A stretch of DNA of 64,000 nucleotides, taken from positions 1,504,001-1,568,000 of the forward strand of contig OZ241865.1 in assembly GCA_965203275.1 (NCBI GenBank), read 5' to 3'. Both the position numbers and the translations under genes were made by a program. The notes under the pieces were generated by a model. The model was not told the origin of the DNA and searched no databases. It saw only the letters and a program-made list of their open reading frames with translations. This document shows, one piece after another, positions 19,594 through 29,128 of the stretch (the first letter of the stretch is position 1; every line of letters begins with the position of its first letter). The DNA is from Bdellovibrionales bacterium. GTDB lineage: Bacteria > Bdellovibrionota > Bdellovibrionia > Bdellovibrionales > JAUICD01.

Positions 19594-19647
19594 TCTAGTT
19601 CCTCTCTTTTATTCTACATGAAATCACTTTGAAAATCTTTAAATTTT

Positions 19648-20583
19648 TTAGCGAGCCAAATGAACATTGCTTACAAAATTTAAATAAAACCTTTTTGCAT
19701 TGTCAGAAAACTGGTCTTCAGCAACAAAAAAATCACCTGTAGGGTTGCGTACAAGCCCTATAGGCAAAACCTTGCGAGAAACCCCTGGTCGAGAGCCTCT
19801 ATGATACACAAAATGAATTTGCCTTTGATCTAAAACAGCATTCATTAAAAGCTTCATTTCTGGTTTTGCTTGAATATGCTTGAGAGAAAAGTAATCCCAC
19901 ATTAAAGGCACATTCATATAATCATTTATGGCATCCATTGTCAGAGGATGTATCTTTTTGAAACATTCTAAGGCAACTAATAAACAAGCATGAGAATCAT
20001 TTAAAGATCTATGAGATGGTTGTTGTTTTTTTAATTTGAAATATTCAATGAGAGTTTGTAATTTGTGATTAGGAAATTCAGGGAAAAGACTGCGAGATAA
20101 AAGAGATGTACAAATCACTTTATTGGTAGGCAATTTGTGTTGGCATCGTTCTTCTAAGTCATAAGCTATAAAGCCCATGTCAAATGGAGCATGATGTGCA
20201 ATTAAAGTAGCATCTCCAATAAAATTTAAAAACTGTGGCAAAACCTCCTCAATGTAAGGCTGGCTATTTAGTTGAGTAGCAGAAATACGATGCACTTGAT
20301 AAGCCACAGGATGCATGGGACCTCTAGGACGCACCAACTGGGAAAACTCATCAATAACTTGGCCATCCTTCCATTTAACACCTGCAATCTCGCAGATTTC
20401 CCATTTCATGGGATAAGCACCAGTTGTCTCTGTGTCAAAAGCAACAAAAAAAGCTTCTTCTTTTGTATCTGAAGAAGGTTTTTCCTTTTGGTGCTTAAAT
20501 TCTTCTTGAGTCTCTTCTGTATTTCCCTTGATATTATTTGTCATTTTTGATATATTCCTTGTGATGATTTTCTGCAATGCCAT
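19648..20583 (-). CDS. DEDDh 3'-5' exonuclease (DnaQ-like) with probable C-terminal WYL domain
   Basis: FDTETTG, AHHAPFDMGF, HRSLND; C-terminal I.F.Y....R.V.P..L...KRFYL..V. Confidence 0.85.
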   Translation of the reverse strand: MALQKIITRNISKMTNNIKGNTEETQEEFKHQKEKPSSDTKEEAFFVAFDTETTGAYPMKWEICEIAGVKWKDGQVIDEFSQLVRPRGPMHPVAYQVHRISATQLNSQPYIEEVLPQFLNFIGDATLIAHHAPFDMGFIAYDLEERCQHKLPTNKVICTSLLSRSLFPEFPNHKLQTLIEYFKLKKQQPSHRSLNDSHACLLVALECFKKIHPLTMDAINDYMNVPLMWDYFSLKHIQAKPEMKLLMNAVLDQRQIHFVYHRGSRPGVSRKVLPIGLVRNPTGDFFVAEDQFSDNAKRFYLNFVSNVHLAR

Positions 20584-20623
20584 ATAAAAATATGTTAATC
20601 TTTAATAAGTAGGTGTTAAAAAT

Positions 20624-22390
20624 ATGAAAGCAAACTTTTTATCGTATATTTATTTTATTGTATCTTGGAATCTTATTTATTTTCTACTAATTCCTTTATC
20701 TTCTTATGCTAAATTGCCCACTCCTCACCCTCAACCTTTGTCTATCTCTCTCCAACAGATGGAAACCCCTATAAAAGTTCAAGAGAAAAATCAAATCAAA
20801 TTTCAGCTTAAGTTGATAGATGGCTACAGGGCTTATTTAGATAAATTTCAAATTAAGTCTAAAAATCCTAAAAATATTGAATATTCTTCTATTCAGGTAG
20901 AACCCACGATTGTTTTTTATGATAAATTTTTTGATAAAGAACAAGAAGGCCTTGTAGGACAAGGAGAGCTATCAGCTCAATTTCAAATCCCAGAAGGTGT
21001 GGATGTGCATCAGTTAGACGGATGGCTTGTTTATCAAGCTTGTACAGATGACTTTTGTCTCTTGCCTAAGGAGATTCCATTTTCTTTGCATGTGACTTCT
21101 AATTTTCACACGATACCTGGATTTCAAGAGGCCCTTAGTAGAGGTATTTTTTGGGCTTTTCTGCTTGTCTTTATGGCAGGTTTTTTGACAAGTTTAACGC
21201 CTTGTTTTTTCCCTATGATTCCCATTACACTTTCTGTTTTAGGGACTCAAGCCATTGGACAATCTCGGCTTAAAAGCTTTTTCTTAAGTCTGTGCTATGT
21301 GTTAGGAATGGGCATTACTTATGCCTTATTAGGTGTTATGGCAGCTACTACTGGCTCTCTTTTTGGTTCGTTGCTGGCTAATCCTTTGGTGATCATCACT
21401 ATTGCTATTGTGTTTGTTCTGATGGGATTGAGTATGTATGGTGTTTTTGAAGTGAAAACTCCTGATTGGATGCAGAAAAGATTTGGTCAAAGTGGTATTG
21501 GCAAAGGATTTAAAGGGGTTTTTATTGCAGGACTTATGTCAGGTGTGATTGCAAGTCCTTGTGTAGGGCCTGTGTTGATAGGATTGCTGACTTATGTGAG
21601 CCAAACTCAGGATATTGTGATGGGCTTTTTGCTTCTTTTAACTTTTGCTATGGGTTTAGGTGTTTTGTTTTTATTACTAGGTACATTTAGCCAACTGATC
21701 AACCAGCTTCCTAAATCAGGAGCATGGATGGAAAGTGTGAAATTTCTTTTTGGTACCACCATGATTGCTATGGCTTTTTATTATCTAAACTTTACCTTAG
21801 ATTGGCACTATTTAAAGATTTTATTGGGTTTAAGTTGTTTCTTTGTAGGATTACAATTGTATTGGAAGTTTAGAAAGGCTACTTCATCTTATGCTCTTTA
21901 TCAGTTCAGAAAGGTACTTTCTGGTACATGTTATTTGATGGGCATTTTGTTATTGTTGACTGCTTTTTTTGATTTAGATGCTTTATTAAAATCTCCATCA
22001 AGTGGCACTTTATCACAGGACAAAAATGATACAAAAATAATAACTCCCTGGCAAGATTTTTCCAATGAGTTATTTCAAAGCGGCCTTTCTGAAAATCGCC
22101 CTATGATTATAGACTTTACAGCACAGTGGTGTGGTGTATGTAAAGCTTTAGAAATGAATACTTTTTCCGATGTCACTGTGCAAGTCGAGTTAAAAAAGTT
22201 TTTACTTTTGCAGGTGGATGCTACAACAGAGACAAACGATGTTGCTCAGTGGACTTCTCAATTTAAGGTATTAGGACTGCCGACATTGCTGTTTTATGAT
22301 CAAGAGGGGATCCTCCAAGAAGACTTAACCTTAACTCACTTTGAAGATCCACAGCCTTTTCTACAAAGACTTAAAAAAGTTTTAAATTAA
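20624..22390 (+). CDS. dsbD: Thiol:disulfide interchange protein DsbD
   Basis: YQACTDDFCL, LTPCFFPMIPI, SPCVGP, FTAQWCGVCK. Confidence 0.95.
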   Translation: MKANFLSYIYFIVSWNLIYFLLIPLSSYAKLPTPHPQPLSISLQQMETPIKVQEKNQIKFQLKLIDGYRAYLDKFQIKSKNPKNIEYSSIQVEPTIVFYDKFFDKEQEGLVGQGELSAQFQIPEGVDVHQLDGWLVYQACTDDFCLLPKEIPFSLHVTSNFHTIPGFQEALSRGIFWAFLLVFMAGFLTSLTPCFFPMIPITLSVLGTQAIGQSRLKSFFLSLCYVLGMGITYALLGVMAATTGSLFGSLLANPLVIITIAIVFVLMGLSMYGVFEVKTPDWMQKRFGQSGIGKGFKGVFIAGLMSGVIASPCVGPVLIGLLTYVSQTQDIVMGFLLLLTFAMGLGVLFLLLGTFSQLINQLPKSGAWMESVKFLFGTTMIAMAFYYLNFTLDWHYLKILLGLSCFFVGLQLYWKFRKATSSYALYQFRKVLSGTCYLMGILLLLTAFFDLDALLKSPSSGTLSQDKNDTKIITPWQDFSNELFQSGLSENRPMIIDFTAQWCGVCKALEMNTFSDVTVQVELKKFLLLQVDATTETNDVAQWTSQFKVLGLPTLLFYDQEGILQEDLTLTHFEDPQPFLQRLKKVLN

Positions 22391-22437
22391 ATATGAGGTT
22401 TTAAAATTTAGTAGCTATTCAAAGGAGGGCATTTAAT

Positions 22438-23397
22438 ATGTATCTTATGCTTGAAAGTTTCAGAAACCTTAAAAAATATCATCACAAGATGCGTGTTATT
22501 TTTAAATATTATCTTAGTTTTATACTTATATGTTTATGTATGGGTGGTTGTACACAAAAAAGACCTCCCCTTGGTTCTGTTCAAAACCCTATTAAGTTTA
22601 TATTGCTTCCTTCGGCAGACTCTGCTCTCTTAGCTGACAAAGCTGTTTTTGTCAAACGTTACTTAGAAACACACACACCTTATAAATATAAATTTTCTGT
22701 ACCTACAAGTTATATTGCTGTGGTGGAATCCTTCGGCACAAAAAGAGCCGATATAGCTTCTATTAATACTATGGGATACATCATGGCTCATGATCGCTAT
22801 AAAACAGAAGCTCGCCTTATTATAGAAAGACATGGTATGGAAACTTATCAATCTCAAATTATTGCTAAAGCTCATGGGCCTATCAAATCGCTCAAAGACA
22901 TCAACAACAAGCGATTTGCATACGTAGACCCTATGTCTACATCAGGTTATTTAATGCCAGCTAAGTTATTTTCTGATCTAAAAGTTAAACCCAAAGAAAC
23001 CATTTTTGCTCAAAAACATGACAATGTGGTCACAATGATCTACCAAGATCAAGTAGATGCAGGTGCTACGTGGTATTCCCCGCCTCATAAGGGTCAAATA
23101 CGTGATGCTCGCCGGCTTGTCCAAACTCAATACAAAGATATAGAAAGCAAAATCAAAATTGTACATCTTACTGAACATCTTCCTAATGATCCTATTGTTT
23201 TTCGTGCGGACCTACCATCATCTATCAAAGAGGCGACAATCAATAGCTTGCTTGCTTATATTGCTACAACAGAAGGCCAACAAATTTTTGATGATTTGTT
23301 AGGGGCAACAGGATTGATCAAATGCTCTGATAGTCGATATGATGGTGTCAGAGAGATGCTTAAAACACTTAAAAAATCAGTCAGAGATTTGCTTTAA
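22438..23397 (+). CDS. phnD: Phosphate/phosphonate ABC substrate-binding lipoprotein
   Basis: Lipobox MGGC; FAYVDPMSTSGYLMP, HDNVV, LPNDP. Confidence 0.85.
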   Translation: MYLMLESFRNLKKYHHKMRVIFKYYLSFILICLCMGGCTQKRPPLGSVQNPIKFILLPSADSALLADKAVFVKRYLETHTPYKYKFSVPTSYIAVVESFGTKRADIASINTMGYIMAHDRYKTEARLIIERHGMETYQSQIIAKAHGPIKSLKDINNKRFAYVDPMSTSGYLMPAKLFSDLKVKPKETIFAQKHDNVVTMIYQDQVDAGATWYSPPHKGQIRDARRLVQTQYKDIESKIKIVHLTEHLPNDPIVFRADLPSSIKEATINSLLAYIATTEGQQIFDDLLGATGLIKCSDSRYDGVREMLKTLKKSVRDLL

Positions 23398-24150
23398 ATG
23401 GCTATCCTCTCTATAAAAAACCTTAATAAAATTTACCTAAGTAGCAACATACATGCACTGAAAGATGTTTCTTTTGATGTACAGCCAGGTGAGTTTTTAG
23501 CTGTGATTGGCTTAAGTGGTTCTGGCAAAACAACTCTTTTAAAATGCATCAATCATTTGCAGGAACCAACAGATGGGCAGATGATATTTCAAGGACAAGA
23601 CACAACACACTTAAACAACCGATTAAAAAGATTGCTACGTCAAAAAGTTGCTATGATTTTCCAGCAGTTTCACTTAATTGATCGCTATACAGTGATCAAT
23701 AATGTGATGATGGGTTGCTTATCTTATACAGGAAGTGTGCAAAGCATTTTAGGGTTGTTTCAAAATAAAGAAAAGGCATTAGAGCATTTGCGTTTTGTAG
23801 GCATTGCTGACAGAGCTTATGAAAAGGTCCAACAGTTATCAGGGGGACAAAAGCAACGTGTAGCTATTGCCAGAGCCTTAATGCAAAATCCTCAGATGTT
23901 ATTAGCTGATGAACCTGTCTCTCACCTTGACCCTGCTACAAGCCACACTGTGATGGACTACCTAGAGAAAATCAATCAAAAAATGGGCATCACTATTATT
24001 TGTAATTTGCATTTTTTAGAGTTGGTCCAGCATTATGCGACACGCGTTATTGCCCTTGCAGAAGGTCGGCTTGTTTATGATGGGGATCCACAGCATATTG
24101 ATTCGATTTGTTTAAAGAAAATCTACGGAGAACATTCGTTTTTGAGTTAA
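23398..24150 (+). CDS. phnC: Phosphonate ABC ATP-binding protein
   Basis: GLSGSGKTT, LSGGQKQRVAIARAL, LADEPV, CNLH. Confidence 0.88.
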   Translation: MAILSIKNLNKIYLSSNIHALKDVSFDVQPGEFLAVIGLSGSGKTTLLKCINHLQEPTDGQMIFQGQDTTHLNNRLKRLLRQKVAMIFQQFHLIDRYTVINNVMMGCLSYTGSVQSILGLFQNKEKALEHLRFVGIADRAYEKVQQLSGGQKQRVAIARALMQNPQMLLADEPVSHLDPATSHTVMDYLEKINQKMGITIICNLHFLELVQHYATRVIALAEGRLVYDGDPQHIDSICLKKIYGEHSFLS

Positions 24151-24269
24151 AATAAGTCTGATTGATTCTTTGATGTTTTGATTGATTCTTTCACATGAAA
24201 TCAGTGGTCTTGAAAAATGGTTTTGAATTGGTTAGGCAGTTCATCAATAAACAGCAAGATAGAAAAAAG

Positions 24270-24298
24270 AAAGGTGGATGATCATTATCCACCTTTTT
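24270..24298. terminator. Probable bidirectional intrinsic terminator
   Basis: AAAGGTGGAT-N7-ATCCACCTTT between convergent genes. Confidence 0.7.
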
Positions 24299-24331
24299 AT
24301 TCTATTTGAATTAGCTACTTCATATTCAAGA

Positions 24332-24592
24332 TTAGTTGTTTTCTTGAATTATGTATTCAGCATCTTCACTGCTGTCAATCTCAAATGTGACAAAGCTACC
24401 ATCTTGAGAGACAAAGTTAAGTCCTGAAAAAGCGTTCGCTACACACACATTTTTGTCGTTTTTGGTCCCTGCTTCACCATCAGGAGTAGTGCATGCCTCA
24501 CCCTTTTTACCACAACCTACAATGGCCAAGGATGCAACAAAAAGCAAAGTAGCCAGTGAGATACTTATTGATTTTAAATTTATAAATTTCAT
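24332..24592 (-). CDS. Small lipoprotein
   Basis: GGAGG SD; MKFINLK..LAIVGC lipobox. Confidence 0.75.
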   Translation of the reverse strand: MKFINLKSISISLATLLFVASLAIVGCGKKGEACTTPDGEAGTKNDKNVCVANAFSGLNFVSQDGSFVTFEIDSSEDAEYIIQENN

Positions 24593-24843
24593 AACTCCTC
24601 CGTTTTTATTAAATTTATTAAAGTCCATTTTATTGAATTTATTGAAAACTAAAAGTAAATATTATAATAAATACTTAAAACTAAGACTGACACAATCAAA
24701 CTATGCCTGTCTATAAAAAATATTACTTCACTAGACATAAGGCTACACACGTTTAAATAGAAAATCAAGCCTGCCAAACATTTTAACGGACTGCGTTATC
24801 AACAGTATTTTACTAATAGCTTTTTATTTAAACGTTAGGTTAG

Positions 24844-25794
24844 TTAGTTTTTAAAAGATGTGGGCAAGGATTGACGTAGCTTTTCGATCAAGTGACTTTC
24901 TATTTGCCGTACGCGTTCTCTTGTAATGCCATAAAAATCTCCAACCTCTTTTAAAGTCAAAGACTGATCTGCTAATAAGCGTTTGTTTAAAATATAAAGT
25001 TCTTTTTCGTTTAAAGAAGGTTTGATTTTATCAATGTGGTTTTTTAATAGAGCAAGTTGCTCTTTCAAGGCAAGGATTTCATCTATAGAGCTAGCTTGAT
25101 CTTCTCCTGCTTGCCTGTCTATAAGATGTCCTTGTTGGTTTTTGCTAGGGGCATCTAAGTAGATAGGTTGAGAAGCCATCCTGACCTTCATGGTTTCTAC
25201 TTCTTTTTCTGGCACGTCTAACCTTTGGCTTAGTAGCCGATTGGTAGGTTCAAAACCTTTGGATTCTAGTTGATTGATCTCATTTTGAAGATTGTAAAAA
25301 AGCTTTCTTTGAGAGTGTGTCGTAGCTATTTTAACTTGAGAATAATTTTTAAGTAAATATTCCTTAATGTAACCTTTAATCCACCATACAGCATAACTTG
25401 TCAATCGCACCCCTTTATAAGGATTATATTCACGCACAGCGTGCATTAAGCCAATGTTTCCTTCTTGAATGACATCAATCAACTTAGCTCCAAATTTAAA
25501 ATATTCCATAGCAATTTTAATGACAAAACGCAGATTAGCTTTTACAAGCTGGCTTGCAGCTTCTGCGTCTCTTTCTTCAAAATATTTAATGGCTAGACGT
25601 TTTTCTTCCTCTGGACTTAATAATGGATATTTTCTGACTTCTATAAGATAAGTTCTTAAAAGGTCTTTGTGGGCAGGAGGGAGCTTTTGATGAGGTAAAT
25701 AAATTTCGGAAGACAGATCCCGTTTAGGTTTTGCCTGAGTCTTTTGATCAGTTAAATGAGCGGTTTGAGAAGAGGGCTTGTTTGATTTTTTCAC
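24844..25794 (-). CDS. RNA polymerase sigma-32 (RpoH-like) factor
   Basis: ANLRFV, DVIQEGNIGLM, YAVWWIK, RpoH-box-like SQRKLFYNL, GITRERVRQIE. Confidence 0.88.
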   Translation of the reverse strand: MKKSNKPSSQTAHLTDQKTQAKPKRDLSSEIYLPHQKLPPAHKDLLRTYLIEVRKYPLLSPEEEKRLAIKYFEERDAEAASQLVKANLRFVIKIAMEYFKFGAKLIDVIQEGNIGLMHAVREYNPYKGVRLTSYAVWWIKGYIKEYLLKNYSQVKIATTHSQRKLFYNLQNEINQLESKGFEPTNRLLSQRLDVPEKEVETMKVRMASQPIYLDAPSKNQQGHLIDRQAGEDQASSIDEILALKEQLALLKNHIDKIKPSLNEKELYILNKRLLADQSLTLKEVGDFYGITRERVRQIESHLIEKLRQSLPTSFKN

Positions 25795-25798
25795 TTTA

Positions 25799-26131
25799 TT
25801 ATTTATTGTTTAATTCAAAGGCCTGGTTTAGCTTTTTCTCTAAAGTAGATTGTATCATCTTTTTAAATGGATATAACATCAAAGGCAGATCTAAAATAAT
25901 ACAGACATTGCTTTCTTTGTGGTTGCTTTGAGAGGGAGTGACAGAAAAAGACACATTGAGGTGTTTGCTTTTAATATTGATAGTGTCTTTAAGCACTTCA
26001 CATTGATAATTCGAATCCCATTTTTTCATTTCTTTTGAAACTTCAGGGTCATTGACCATCACATATTTTAGTTTTTCAAAAGCTACTTTGGAATCTACAG
26101 GCAATGTGCGATTAATTTGTACTTTCGACAT
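25799..26131 (-). CDS. Hypothetical protein (resembles PHA-system-associated small proteins)
   Basis: 110 aa, AGGAG SD, V.I.LDLPL.L.PFK..I pattern. Confidence 0.6.
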   Translation of the reverse strand: MSKVQINRTLPVDSKVAFEKLKYVMVNDPEVSKEMKKWDSNYQCEVLKDTINIKSKHLNVSFSVTPSQSNHKESNVCIILDLPLMLYPFKKMIQSTLEKKLNQAFELNNK

Positions 26132-26220
26132 ATTAACTCCTTGTTAGGTAAATATTTTGTGTTAATGAGCCAACCATTTTTAGTGAAACAAATTGTGGAT
26201 TGTTCAACAAATAATAATGT

Positions 26221-26412
26221 TTAGCTTAGATTGTTCAGTTTTTTCTGTATTTCTCGTATTCTGTTCTCTGTGGACTCTGTGATTTTTGCAATGATCGAAA
26301 TATCCATGTTATTTTTAAGCATTTTTAAGATGACACTTTGTTCTCCTTCCTGTCGCCCTTTTTGCAATCCTTCCTGTAATAATCTTTCTCTTGTGATCTG
26401 TAATGGTGGCAT
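26221..26412 (-). CDS. Orphan Rpn C-terminal cassette (RpnS-like) with divergent tail, 63 aa
   Basis: AAGGAGG SD then MPPLQITRERLLQEG..EQSVILKMLKNNMDISIIAKIT. Confidence 0.75.
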   Translation of the reverse strand: MPPLQITRERLLQEGLQKGRQEGEQSVILKMLKNNMDISIIAKITESTENRIREIQKKLNNLS

Positions 26413-26493
26413 GATTCTTTCCTCCTTTGATATATGTTTTTCTTCTATTTTTCGCAATACTTTCCATGTAAAACTAGGATCATAAATCCTGTC

Positions 26494-26737
26494 TGTTTCA
26501 CTCAAAGTGAACTGGCCTCTGGCCACTTTTGGACAATGACCGCAAAGGCTTTCGCCTTTGACAAAATGGTCATTGTCTCAAAAGCCTGTTCACTTTGAGT
26601 AGGGAGGATCTCTTCGTTTCTTAACACCATGTTAAGGAAAACATCCTTCTAATCGTTAGCCCGACGGCGGTAGCCGTCGGGCTAACTGCCAGAAAACATG
26701 CCAGAGGCATGATGCATTTTGAGTGCAATGTTAAGAA
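26494..26737 (+). repeat. Family A full copy plus partial module, spacer between Rpn cassettes
   Basis: Nearly identical to 27074-27317. Confidence 0.9.
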
Positions 26738-26755
26738 AGGGGTTAAATATAAAGC

Positions 26756-26992
26756 TTATAATCTTTGAAGGTTTAGTATTTCTTGTTTAGAAAGCCCTGT
26801 AGCTTTGCAAATAGTTTGGATATCTATATTAGCTTTTAAAAGCTTAGACAGAATCTCCCTCCGCCCTTCTTGCAAGCCCTCCTGTCGCCCTTCCTGTCGC
26901 CCTTCCTGTCGCCCTTCCTGTCGCCCTTTTTGCAACCCTTTTTGTAGTCCTTCTTGTAATAATCTTTCTCTTGTGATCTGTAGTGGTGGCAT
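26756..26992 (-). CDS. Orphan Rpn C-terminal cassette (RpnS-like), 78 aa
   Basis: Copy of rpn 3' end with one extra RQEG unit; same SD. Confidence 0.75.
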   Translation of the reverse strand: MPPLQITRERLLQEGLQKGLQKGRQEGRQEGRQEGRQEGLQEGRREILSKLLKANIDIQTICKATGLSKQEILNLQRL

Positions 26993-27073
26993 GGTTCTTT
27001 CCTCCTTTGATATATGTTTTTCTTCTATTTTTCGCAATACTTTCCATGTAAAACTAGGATCATAAATCCTGTC

Positions 27074-27317
27074 TGTTTCACTCAAAGTGAACTGGCCTCT
27101 GGCCACTTTTGGACAATGACCGCAAAGGCTTTCGCCTTTGACAAAATGGTCATTGTCTCAAAAGCCTGTTCACTTTGAGTAGGGAGGATATCTTCGTTTC
27201 TTAACACCATGTTAAGGAAAACATCCTTCTAATCGTTAGCCCGACGGCGGTAGCCGTCGGGCTAACTGCCAGAAAACATGCCAGAGGCATGATGCATTTT
27301 GAGTGCAATGTTAAGAA
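27074..27317 (+). repeat. Family A full copy plus partial module
   Basis: Duplicate of 26494-26737 (offset 580). Confidence 0.9.
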
Positions 27318-27335
27318 AGGGGTTAAATATAAAGC

Positions 27336-27560
27336 TTATAATCTTTGAAGGTTTAGTATTTCTTGTTTAGAAAGCCCTGTAGCTTTGCAAATAGTTTGGA
27401 TATCTATATTAGCTTTTAAAAGCTTAGACAGAATCTCCCTCCGCCCTTCTTGCAAGCCCTCCTGTCGCCCTTCCTGTCGCCCTTCCTGTCGCCCTTTTTG
27501 CAACCCTTTTTGTAGTCCTTCTTGTAATAATCTTTCTCTTGTGATCTGTAGTGGTGGCAT
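27336..27560 (-). CDS. Putative intragenic RpnS antitoxin (74 aa, in frame within rpn)
   Basis: Internal AAAGGAGG SD 7 nt before ATG 27560. Confidence 0.65.
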   Translation of the reverse strand: MPPLQITRERLLQEGLQKGLQKGRQEGRQEGRQEGLQEGRREILSKLLKANIDIQTICKATGLSKQEILNLQRL

Positions 27561-28361
27561 GGTTCTTTCCTCCTTTGATATATGTTTTTCTTCTATTTTT
27601 CGCAATACTTTCCATGTAAAACTAGGATCATAAATCCTAATAAAATCGACTGCTCTATCAACTAAAAATAACCTATCTTTTTCACTCTTTGCCTCATTAG
27701 ACAGCTTAAATAATTCCCCAACTACTTCCTCGTTTAAATTCCATACATTCTTTAGTATAAACAATATCATACTGGAAATCAAGTTTTTAGATTTTAATGT
27801 CTCTATACCTAAATCATATAGATTGAGCAAGCGATATTTGTAATTGAGAATATTCTCTTTAAAAGCTGCTTGCACCTTTGATGATGGAAAATTCAAATAT
27901 CCATGGAAACTCAACGGCATCTTCCAAGGCTCCTTACCAGAATAAACCAATACAGGAATTACCAAAGAAGGCACTTTATTTTTACCCTGTTGATCTTTAC
28001 TGTCCTTCTCATAAATATTAGCTTGGTAATTGAGCATCTGGATAAAAACACTAGGGTCGTTATAAGACTTATGCTCAAAAAGAAAAATAATCTCAACCAT
28101 CTGCCCTGTTTTCAGTTTAACAGAAAAAATCACATCAGCCCGACGCTCTCTAAAAGCCTTATCTATAAAAACAGTCACTCTAGATTGCAAAGTACTCCAA
28201 TCAAAAAGTTCAAATTCCTCTGAAGTTAAAACCAAACGGAATAAATCTAAAATATATTGTTCCTTGCTGTAAACTTCATAAAATAAATGGTCAAATAAAT
28301 GTAAGACATCACGCTTAAAACCTTTTTTGTTCTTTTTACGATGTTTGAATTTTTTAGACAT
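27336..28361 (-). CDS. Rpn/YhgA-like PD-(D/E)XK nuclease
   Basis: RRADVIFSV, FLFEHKS, QMLNY, VIPVLVYSG..W, xQEG repeats, C-terminal helical domain. Confidence 0.92.
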   Translation of the reverse strand: MSKKFKHRKKNKKGFKRDVLHLFDHLFYEVYSKEQYILDLFRLVLTSEEFELFDWSTLQSRVTVFIDKAFRERRADVIFSVKLKTGQMVEIIFLFEHKSYNDPSVFIQMLNYQANIYEKDSKDQQGKNKVPSLVIPVLVYSGKEPWKMPLSFHGYLNFPSSKVQAAFKENILNYKYRLLNLYDLGIETLKSKNLISSMILFILKNVWNLNEEVVGELFKLSNEAKSEKDRLFLVDRAVDFIRIYDPSFTWKVLRKIEEKHISKEERTMPPLQITRERLLQEGLQKGLQKGRQEGRQEGRQEGLQEGRREILSKLLKANIDIQTICKATGLSKQEILNLQRL

Positions 28362-28381
28362 AATCACTCCTTATGTGTTTT

Positions 28382-28556
28382 TGTTTCATTAAAAATAGTC
28401 TAGCCTCTGTTTCACTCAAAGTAAACTGACCTCTGGTCACTTTTGGACAATGACCGCAAAGGCTTTCGCCTTTGACAAAATGGTCATTGTCTCAAAAGCC
28501 TGTTCACTTTGAGTAGGGAGGATATCTTCGTTTCTTAACACAATGTTAAGGAAAAA
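28382..28556 (+). repeat. Family A partial end plus full copy (28408-28556) upstream of rpn
   Basis: tagcctc|tgtttcactc nested junction. Confidence 0.9.
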
Positions 28557-28643
28557 GTTCGTTTTTTGTTTTTCATATCGGGGAAATATGACCTTTCATA
28601 AAGATGAGAATTGGCAACTTCTCTAAGAAATTAGGAAAATAGC

Positions 28644-28765
28644 CCTGATTTTGATAGCCTGCAAAAATAAAGTTGTGAGATTTCAGTAGGTTATAAGCTT
28701 TATAAGATTTTGTGCCACTACAATATAAGCTTTTTAACCTAAAAAATGATTAATTTATTTATCTA
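28644..28765 (+). mobile_element. Family B IS-end-like repeat (CCTGAKTTTGATAGCC...)
   Basis: Related copies at 29977, 41850 and inverted at 52860-52957, all with a sharp CCTGA boundary. Confidence 0.6.
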
Positions 28766-29128
28766 ACCCCTCTATATTTATTTAGGCTTTTTATATTTTA
28801 CATTATTTTTCTTTCACCATCATTTACAAATCAAATGTCTAAACTTAGGAGGATTTGGTTTGTTAGCAGATACAGAAGACATGAAGTCTAAGTGACAAAT
28901 TGCGGACACTTTAAAGTCATAATGACAAAAATTGTCGGTATTTTTCTTCAAACCATAGATAAAAGCTCTTTTAATCAAGGCCTTTATCTTGCATATACTT
29001 CTATCTTTTGTAAGAGAAAACTTACTTTGATGATTCGGTAAATTTTTGAAAATTAAAGAAATGCCTTGACTTTATAGGATTTTTGCTTTATCCTTGTTAA
29101 AGGTATTTAAAGAAAGGAGATTTTTATT

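Noticed and set aside
26993..27106. N-terminal extension MARGQFTLSETD of ORFs 26756-27106 and 26221-26526
   Set aside because: The GTG lies inside the repeat; the SD-preceded ATG downstream is the more credible start
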